From: Anaerolineales bacterium
Lineage (GTDB): Bacteria > Chloroflexota > Anaerolineae > Anaerolineales > RBG-16-64-43
Reading direction: 5' to 3'
DNA length: 64,000 nt
Assembly (NCBI GenBank): GCA_016932475.1
Contig: JAFGCU010000020.1
Location: forward strand, 101-64,100
This document shows, piece after piece, positions 57,356 to 64,000 of the stretch. Every line of letters starts with the position of its first letter. Position 1 is the first letter of the stretch. The notes beneath the pieces were generated by a model. The model did no database searches and had not been told where the DNA came from. It saw only the letters and a program-made list of their open reading frames with translations. The translations under genes and the position numbers were made by a program.

Positions 57356-59391
57356 GAACCCCCTCGTTCAGCGAGAATCGAGTCCAGCCGTCGCGAATCC
57401 GGTTCTTCCTGATCGGGATGACCGGGGTGTTTGCCATCTTCACCCTGCGCCTGTTCTTCATGCAGGTCATCCAGGGCGATTATTATTACGGGCTGGCGGA
57501 AAGCAACCGCACGAAGCAAACCTACGTCCCCGCTTCGCGCGGCGTGGTCTACGACCGCCGCGGAGTGCTCCTGGCGCGCAACATGCCGGCGTACAACATT
57601 ACGATCACACCCGCCGATCTTCCCGATACGGAAGCGGAGATCGAAGCGGTTTACCGACAACTTTCGCAGTTGACCGGTGTGCCGATCCGGGTCCCGGGAT
57701 CGGTCCCCTCGCAGGAATGCGCGCCCGGGCGCGGGATCGCGGACCTGGTCGACGAATGGATCGAGCTCGCCCCGTATTACGCGGTGAAAATCCAATGCGA
57801 CGCCGACGCGGAGATCGCGAAAGTCGTCCTGGAAAAATCGGCCGACATGCCGGGGGTGGGCGTGGAGGTTTCCCCGGTGCGGGATTACCCGAACGGCCGG
57901 TACACCGCGCACATCGTCGGGTACATGGGGCGCGTCCCGGCGGAATATTCCGACTACTTCAAAGAGAAGGGGTACAACCTGGATCGCGACAAGATCGGCT
58001 ACTCCGGGATCGAGGCGTACATGGAGGAAGAACTCGCCGGAACGTACGGCAGCGAACTGTGGGAGGTCGATGCGGCCGGGAAGGAGATCCGCCTGCTCGA
58101 ACCCCCCGTGCCGGCGGTGCCCGGGAAGAATATCCGCCTGACGATCGACGCCCGTCTGCAGGAAGCCGCCACGATCATCCTGGAGAAACAGATCGAGGCG
58201 ACTCGCGCGCTCAAGCCGGAATACCTGCGTAGCCCGATGCTCGGCGGCGTGGTGGTGGCGATGAATCCGAACACCGGCGAGATTCTCGCGATGGTGTCGG
58301 TGCCGACGTACGACAACCAGAAATTCTCGCGCTACATCCCGATCGAGTATTACACCGAACTGGCGACCGACATCAGCAATCCGCTCCTGAACCACGCGAT
58401 TGCCGGCACCTATCCGCCCGGATCGATCTTTAAACTGGTCACCGCAGTGGGCGCGCTCAACGAAGGGGTCGTCACTCCGGACACGCCGGTGATCTGCCGC
58501 GGGACGATCTCGATCACGCAGAAGTTCCACCCCTCCGATCCCGGGCGCGAGATGCTGTTCTACTGTTACGACCGCGAAGGGCACGGGGAAATCTCGTTCC
58601 TGCGCGGTCTGGCTCTTTCGTGCGATATTTATTTCTACAACCTGGGCGCCGGGTACAGCGGCCCGGGCGGGGTGAAGAAGGGATTGGAAATCGAAGGGAT
58701 AAAGCAATACGCCCGGGCGGTTGGCTACGACCGGGCTTTGGGAATCGAACTGTTCGGCGAACGCAGCGGCCTGATCCCGGACAAGGACTGGAAGCGGATA
58801 AACCAAGGCGAGAACTGGGCCACCGGCGACACGTACATCGCCACCATCGGCCAGGGCTACGTGGACGTGACGCCGCTGCAGGTGGCCGAATCCATCGCCG
58901 TCATCGCCAGCAACGGGAAGGTCATGAAGCCCACCCTGATAAAAGAGTACCTGGACGGGGAAGGAAACGTGGTCGAAATCCACGAGCCGGAAATGCTCTA
59001 CGACATCACCGATGATATCCATGACGAACTGTACGACACCGTCACGGTCCAGCCCTGGGTGCTCAAGATGGTGCAGCAGGGCATGCGGCTGGCGGTGACG
59101 GAAGGAACCGCCGCGGATTACGCGCAAATCGAGAACATTCCCACCGCGGGGAAGACGAGCACGGCGGAATATTGCGACGACATCGCCCAATCGCGAAACC
59201 TGTGCAAACGCGAAGCCTGGCCGACCCATGCCTGGTACGGCGCCTACGGCCCGTACGAGAATCCGGAAATCGTCGTGGTGGCATTTGTTTACGACGGCGG
59301 CGAGGGCGCGGTCACGGCCGGCCCGGTCGTGCGCGACGTGCTGCGGGCTTACTTCGCGCTCAAGACGATCGATCTCGAGCAGGGCGGATGA
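57352..59391 (+). CDS. mrdA: penicillin-binding protein 2
   Basis: RGVVYDR, YPPGSIFK (SxxK), SCD, IGQG, KTST. Confidence 0.93.
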   Translation: MRTPSFSENRVQPSRIRFFLIGMTGVFAIFTLRLFFMQVIQGDYYYGLAESNRTKQTYVPASRGVVYDRRGVLLARNMPAYNITITPADLPDTEAEIEAVYRQLSQLTGVPIRVPGSVPSQECAPGRGIADLVDEWIELAPYYAVKIQCDADAEIAKVVLEKSADMPGVGVEVSPVRDYPNGRYTAHIVGYMGRVPAEYSDYFKEKGYNLDRDKIGYSGIEAYMEEELAGTYGSELWEVDAAGKEIRLLEPPVPAVPGKNIRLTIDARLQEAATIILEKQIEATRALKPEYLRSPMLGGVVVAMNPNTGEILAMVSVPTYDNQKFSRYIPIEYYTELATDISNPLLNHAIAGTYPPGSIFKLVTAVGALNEGVVTPDTPVICRGTISITQKFHPSDPGREMLFYCYDREGHGEISFLRGLALSCDIYFYNLGAGYSGPGGVKKGLEIEGIKQYARAVGYDRALGIELFGERSGLIPDKDWKRINQGENWATGDTYIATIGQGYVDVTPLQVAESIAVIASNGKVMKPTLIKEYLDGEGNVVEIHEPEMLYDITDDIHDELYDTVTVQPWVLKMVQQGMRLAVTEGTAADYAQIENIPTAGKTSTAEYCDDIAQSRNLCKREAWPTHAWYGAYGPYENPEIVVVAFVYDGGEGAVTAGPVVRDVLRAYFALKTIDLEQGG

Positions 59392-59402
59392 TGAGCGTAT
59401 AT

Positions 59403-59544
59403 GTCATTCCGAGGAGCCGAAGGCTCCGAGGAACCGGTTTCGCGACGGGTCAACCGGCGAATGTCATGCCGGCGCGAACCTGGCCGGCATCCATTTGACT
59501 CGCCGAAAGTCGCCGAACCCCGGCTTCGACCACGCCGGGGTGAC
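59403..59544. repeat. long REP plus REP doublet between mrdA and minC
   Basis: GTCATTCCGAGGAGCCGAAGGCTCCGAGGAAC; A copy at 59463-59493, B copy at 59514-59544. Confidence 0.82.
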
Positions 59545-59661
59545 GAAAAAAAACTGGAACACCAGGTGACATACCCGCGGCAAGTCACCGATACTTCAGC
59601 GCCGAAAACGGCGCTTCATAATGACGGGATGCGCATGCTATAATGAAATTTGACATTCGAT

Positions 59662-60378
59662 ATGCCGCTATCCGTCAGCGTTAAGGGTATCCACGAAGGC
59701 CTCCTGATCACTCCCGGAGAGGGAAATTGGGAAGATGCGTTCTCCTCCCTCCTGGAACATCTGGATTCGAAGCCGGATTTTTTCTTCGGCGCCCAAGCCA
59801 TCATCCAGCTGGGATCGTATCCTCTGCACGCGGCCGATCTGGCCACGCTGCGCAGCGCGCTGGCGGACCGCGGCCTCGGGCTGCATTCCATCCTTTCGGA
59901 GAATCCCGCGACGGTCGAGGCGGCCAGGAGCCTGGGGCTCGGCACCTCGCTGCCCAAACGCGAGCTGAAGGAATCGCCGATCTCGACCGAGTTGCGCGGG
60001 ATGGACGCGATTTTCCTTCAGCAGACCCTCCGTTCCGGGAACAGCATCCACTTCCCCGGGCACGTGACCGTGCTTGGGGACGTTAATCCGGGCGCGGAGA
60101 TCATCGCCGGCGGGAGCATCATCGTATGGGGGCATTTGCGCGGGACGGTGCATGCGGGCGCGCAGGGCGATGAAACGTCGGTCGTCTGCGCGATGGACCT
60201 CAGCCCGATGCAGCTGCGGATCGCCTCGCACGCGGCCACCTCCCCGCCCCGCAAGGGGAAGACCCAGCCGGAGATCGCATCCCTGCACGATGGCCGGCTG
60301 GTGGCGGAACCGTGGAGCCCCAAGGATAAACCGAAGGCGGCGGACGGGAAAATCAAGGGCGAGGATATCCAGGGATGA
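59662..60378 (+). CDS. minC: septum site-determining protein MinC
   Basis: TLRSG, VLGDVNPGAEIIAGG, WGHLRGTVHAG, QLRIA; alternative TTG start at 59650; TGCTATAAT at 59636. Confidence 0.93.
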   Translation: MPLSVSVKGIHEGLLITPGEGNWEDAFSSLLEHLDSKPDFFFGAQAIIQLGSYPLHAADLATLRSALADRGLGLHSILSENPATVEAARSLGLGTSLPKRELKESPISTELRGMDAIFLQQTLRSGNSIHFPGHVTVLGDVNPGAEIIAGGSIIVWGHLRGTVHAGAQGDETSVVCAMDLSPMQLRIASHAATSPPRKGKTQPEIASLHDGRLVAEPWSPKDKPKAADGKIKGEDIQG

Positions 60379-60651
60379 GATTCTCCGGCTTCAAGCGCCC
60401 TCGCTTCGCAATCGGCATTGCCCAAAGACCAAAAGCCGGCAATGCCGCTCCGCGAGGGCAGGCGCCGGAATGAAGCATCGATCGGATTGGATTCAGGACG
60501 GGCCCGCCCTCCGAGCGATGCGCATCGGGGATCTTCCGATGCGATGAATTCGCGAGGGGGGAAGGCGAGGGATCGGTTGATCTTTCCAGCCGATTCCTCG
60601 GGCTCGTCGAGCCCTTCCCGGCCAAGACCACGCCAGGACAGGCGGAATGAC
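60379..60651. repeat. nested palindromic repeats between minC and minD
   Basis: REP-B-like host with a 65-bp insert at 60399-60463; second REP with a CAGGC-ended insert near 60592-60651. Confidence 0.75.
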
Positions 60652-60671
60652 TTTTTAAATGAGGAGCGGGA

Positions 60672-61478
60672 ATGACGGCAAAGGTTCTGACCATAACTTC
60701 GGGAAAAGGCGGCGTCGGGAAAACCACCGCCACGGCCAACATCGGAGTCGCCCTTGCGGCGCTCGGACAGAAGGTGGTCTGCATCGACAGCGACATCGGA
60801 TTGCGCAACCTGGATGTCGTGATGGGTCTGGAAAACCGGATCGTCTACGACCTGGTGGATGTGATTGAGGGCCGGGCGCGGCTGCGGCAGGCAATGATCA
60901 AGGACAAGCGGCTGCCCGAACTGCATATGATCCCCGCCGCCCAGACCCGCGATAAAACCGCGATCGCCCCCAGCGACATGATCCGCATCTGCGACGAGCT
61001 GCGGCCGGAGATGGACTGGATCCTGATCGACAGCCCGGCCGGGATCGAACGCGGCTTCCGCAACGCGATCGCCGCCTCCGACACCGCGCTGATCGTCACC
61101 AATCCGGAAGTGTCCGCGGTGCGGGACGCCGACCGGATCATCGGGCTGCTGGAGGCCGAACAAAAGGGGCCCGGCAAGCTGATCATCAACCGGATCCGGC
61201 CGGAGCTGGTGGAACGGGGCGACATGCTCGAAACCGCGGACGTGCTCGAGATCCTGGCCGTCGAACTGATCGGCTTGATCCCCGAAGATGAATCGGTCCT
61301 GATCGCCACCAACCGCGGCAACCCGGCCGCGCTGGAACCCAAGAGCAAGGCGGGCCAGGCATTCCGCGACATCGCCAGGCGCCTGATGGGTGAAGAGGTT
61401 CCGTTCCCGCCGTTGGACGGAACCGAAAGCCTCAGGAACCGCCTGTCGCGGCTGATCCATCCCAAGGGTGCATCATGA
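60672..61478 (+). CDS. minD: septum site-determining ATPase MinD
   Basis: SGKGGVGKTT, DIGLRNLD, DSPAGIE, PEVSAVRDADR. Confidence 0.97.
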   Translation: MTAKVLTITSGKGGVGKTTATANIGVALAALGQKVVCIDSDIGLRNLDVVMGLENRIVYDLVDVIEGRARLRQAMIKDKRLPELHMIPAAQTRDKTAIAPSDMIRICDELRPEMDWILIDSPAGIERGFRNAIAASDTALIVTNPEVSAVRDADRIIGLLEAEQKGPGKLIINRIRPELVERGDMLETADVLEILAVELIGLIPEDESVLIATNRGNPAALEPKSKAGQAFRDIARRLMGEEVPFPPLDGTESLRNRLSRLIHPKGAS

Positions 61479-61753
61479 GCGGGATATTCGACCGGATTAC
61501 CGGGCACGGCGGACGCTCCAGCGCCAAGGCGGCGAAGGAACGGCTGATCGTGGTGCTCAGCCACGACCGGGCGGACATCGGCCCCGGGCTGCTGGAGACG
61601 ATCAAGCAGGAGATCGTGCGCGTGATTTCCGAACACATCGATGTGGATCCCGCGACGGTGCAGGTCAGCCTGTTCTCGGAAGGCCGGGAACAGCACCTCC
61701 AGGCCGACATCCCGATCACGGCGGCCTCCTCCCGGCGGAAGCGCACCCTCTAG
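61475..61753 (+). CDS. minE: cell division topological specificity factor MinE
   Basis: SAKAAKERLIVVLSHDR. Confidence 0.94.
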   Translation: MSGIFDRITGHGGRSSAKAAKERLIVVLSHDRADIGPGLLETIKQEIVRVISEHIDVDPATVQVSLFSEGREQHLQADIPITAASSRRKRTL

Positions 61754-61758
61754 GCCCC

Positions 61759-62859
61759 ATGTTCGACTGGCGTAGATGGCGTCACTTTGATTTCTGGATG
61801 CTGGGGGCGGCCGCGCTGCTCGTGCTGCTCGGGATCGTCGAGATCCGCTCGGCGGTCGCCGACAACGCCTCGCTGGCCGACAGCGCCCAGCGCCAGGCCA
61901 CGTTTGCGGCGATCGGGCTGGTTATCCTGATGGCGGCTACCGTCATCGACTACCATTTTTGGCGCGGGCTTTCACGCCTGCTCTTCGTCGGGATCATCCT
62001 GTTGCTCCTGTACGTGGAGTTGATCGGGACCGAATCCTTCGGCGCGACGCGCTGGATCCAGGTCGGCGGCATTACGATCCAGCCCTCCGAAGTCGCGAAA
62101 ATTTCATTGATCATCATTCTGGCGGACGATATCGCCCGCAACGAGGACCGGCTGCAGACCTGGTCCGGCATCCTGCGGACCCTGATCCTGGCCGCGATCC
62201 CGGCGGTGGTCATCCTGCGCGAACCGGACCTTTCCACGGCGATCCTGACGATGGTGCTGTGGGCGGCGATGGCGTTCGCCGCCGGGATGCCGCCGCGCTT
62301 CATCTTCATCATGGGCGGGGCAGCCCTGCTGTTGCCGTTCATCGCGCTGGCCCTCAACCTCCTTCAGCCTTATCAACTGGACCGGCTGGCCCTGTTCTTC
62401 ATGCCGGATGCGGATCCCAGCGGGGCCTACAACATCGAACAATCAAAAATCGCGATTGGATCCGGCGGCTGGATCGGCCAGGGATACGGCCTGAGCACCC
62501 AGGTGCAGCTGCGGTTCCTTAAAGTCCGCCACACAGACTTCATCTTTTCGGTGATGTCGAGCGAATACGGATTGATCGGGATGACCGCTTTCTTCGGCCT
62601 GCTGGGCTTCCTGGTCTCCCGCTGCCTGCGCGCGGCGCGACTGGCGCGCGACACCTACGGCGCGTTGATCGGGTACGGGGTGGCGACGCTGATTTTTTAT
62701 CAGGCGGCCTTCAACATCGGGATGAACCTCAACCTGCTGCCCGTCGCCGGGCTGCCCCTGCCGTTCATCAGTTCGGGCGGAAGCTCGTTATGGTCGGTCC
62801 TGCTCGGGATCGGCCTGGTGGAAAGCACGATCCTCTACCGGAAGGATATTGAATTCTGA
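61759..62859 (+). CDS. rodA: rod shape-determining protein RodA
   Basis: QPSEVAK, EPDL, QSKIAIGSGG, HTDFIF, LPFISSGGSS. Confidence 0.93.
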   Translation: MFDWRRWRHFDFWMLGAAALLVLLGIVEIRSAVADNASLADSAQRQATFAAIGLVILMAATVIDYHFWRGLSRLLFVGIILLLLYVELIGTESFGATRWIQVGGITIQPSEVAKISLIIILADDIARNEDRLQTWSGILRTLILAAIPAVVILREPDLSTAILTMVLWAAMAFAAGMPPRFIFIMGGAALLLPFIALALNLLQPYQLDRLALFFMPDADPSGAYNIEQSKIAIGSGGWIGQGYGLSTQVQLRFLKVRHTDFIFSVMSSEYGLIGMTAFFGLLGFLVSRCLRAARLARDTYGALIGYGVATLIFYQAAFNIGMNLNLLPVAGLPLPFISSGGSSLWSVLLGIGLVESTILYRKDIEF

Positions 62860-62864
62860 TGCAC

Positions 62865-64000
62865 ATGCCCGTCACCGTCCGCTTCGCGCCCTCCCCCACC
62901 GGCCGGATGCACATCGGCAGCGCCCGCACCGCGCTCTACAATTACCTGTTGGCGAAAAGAGTCGGCGGCCGCTTCATCCTGCGGATCGAGGACACCGATC
63001 AAAAACGTTTTTCCCCCGAAGCGGAAGCGGAAATCATCGAAGGCCTGCGCTGGCTGGGGCTGGATTGGGACGAGGGGCCGGATATCGGCGGACCGCACGC
63101 GCCCTACCGGCAGACGGAAGCCCGGGAGATCTACCGCGAACACGCGCAGCGGCTGATCGAAAAGGATCACGCCTATCCGTGCTTCTGCACCGCCGAACGC
63201 CTGGCCCGGATGCGCGAAGAGCATCGGGCGCGCAAGGAACAGCCGCTCTACGACGGCTTGTGCCGCCGCCTGGATCCCGCGGAGGCGGCGCAGCGCATAG
63301 CGGCCGGCGAGCGCCACGTGATCCGGTTTAAAACGCCGAATGAGGGCACGACCACCGTGACCGACATGCTGCGCGGCGAAATCTCGGTGGAGAACAAGAC
63401 GCTCGACGATTTCATCCTGGTTAAATCCGACGGTCTGGCGCTGTACCACCTGGCGGCGATGGTCGACGACCGCCGCATGGCGGTTTCTCACGTCATCCGC
63501 GGATCGGAATGGCTCTCGACCCTCCCGCTGCACGCGCTGGTGGTGCGCGCCTTCGGCTGGCGCGAACCGGCCTGGTGCCACCTCTCACTCTTCCTCAAAC
63601 CCTCGGGCAAGGGGAAGATGAGCAAACGCGACGCCACCCAGGCGATGACCGAAGGCCACAGCATATTCATCCGCGACCTTAAGGAAATGGGCTACATCCC
63701 GGAAGGAATCCTCAACTGGATCGCGCTGATGGGCGCCTCCTTCGACGAGGCGCAAGATGTGTTCACGCTTGAGGAGATGATCCAGCGGTTCGACCTCGGG
63801 CATCTCAACCCCTCGCCGGCCGCGATCAATTTCGAGAAGGCGGACCACTTCAACGGGACTCACATCCGCCGGCTTTCCACGGACGACTTGGCGGCGCGGC
63901 TTGCGCCGGTATTTGCAAAAGCCGGATACGCGCCGGACGGCGCAAAGCTTCGCCAGGTGGCCGCGGCCGTGCAGGTGCGGATCGTCACCCTCGACGAGGC
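62865..64000 (+). CDS. gltX: glutamate--tRNA ligase (runs off the window end)
   Basis: MPVTVRFAPSPTGRMHIGSARTALYN, LRIEDTD, SHVIRGSEW, KMSKR; no stop before the end, so it is absent from the ORF track. Confidence 0.95.
   Translation, partial: MPVTVRFAPSPTGRMHIGSARTALYNYLLAKRVGGRFILRIEDTDQKRFSPEAEAEIIEGLRWLGLDWDEGPDIGGPHAPYRQTEAREIYREHAQRLIEKDHAYPCFCTAERLARMREEHRARKEQPLYDGLCRRLDPAEAAQRIAAGERHVIRFKTPNEGTTTVTDMLRGEISVENKTLDDFILVKSDGLALYHLAAMVDDRRMAVSHVIRGSEWLSTLPLHALVVRAFGWREPAWCHLSLFLKPSGKGKMSKRDATQAMTEGHSIFIRDLKEMGYIPEGILNWIALMGASFDEAQDVFTLEEMIQRFDLGHLNPSPAAINFEKADHFNGTHIRRLSTDDLAARLAPVFAKAGYAPDGAKLRQVAAAVQVRIVTLDE

Overview
GC-rich bacterial chromosomal segment, most consistent with Chloroflexota/Anaerolineae (inferred from gene content and order). 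It is mostly housekeeping: purB, era, rarA, larC/larB/larE, a lactate permease, a Ca-type P-ATPase, murJ, xseAB, proS, miaA, msrB, fhaA-fhaB-rodA/pbpA, tyrS, mreBCD-mrdA-minCDE-rodA and a partial gltX. I found no rRNA, tRNA, CRISPR array, transposase or phage gene. Four things stand out. (1) A hierarchy of intergenic palindromes: 31-bp GTCA-stem7-loop9-stem7-TCCA REP doublets, a higher-order array of them at 9.2-9.9 kb, and four copies of a 60-65 bp structured insert (variable but pairing stems, conserved ACCA loop, GCAGGC end) at the same position inside REP-like hairpins, nested three deep at one site. (2) A kamA / ATP-grasp / GNAT / ATP-grasp cluster suggesting an uncharacterised beta-lysine peptide pathway. 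(3) A SEDS-PBP fusion whose transpeptidase catalytic motifs are destroyed. (4) Nickel-pincer cofactor genes next to lactate permease and a D-2-hydroxyacid dehydrogenase, with no larA in the window. Product calls are by motif recognition only; no database searches were run.
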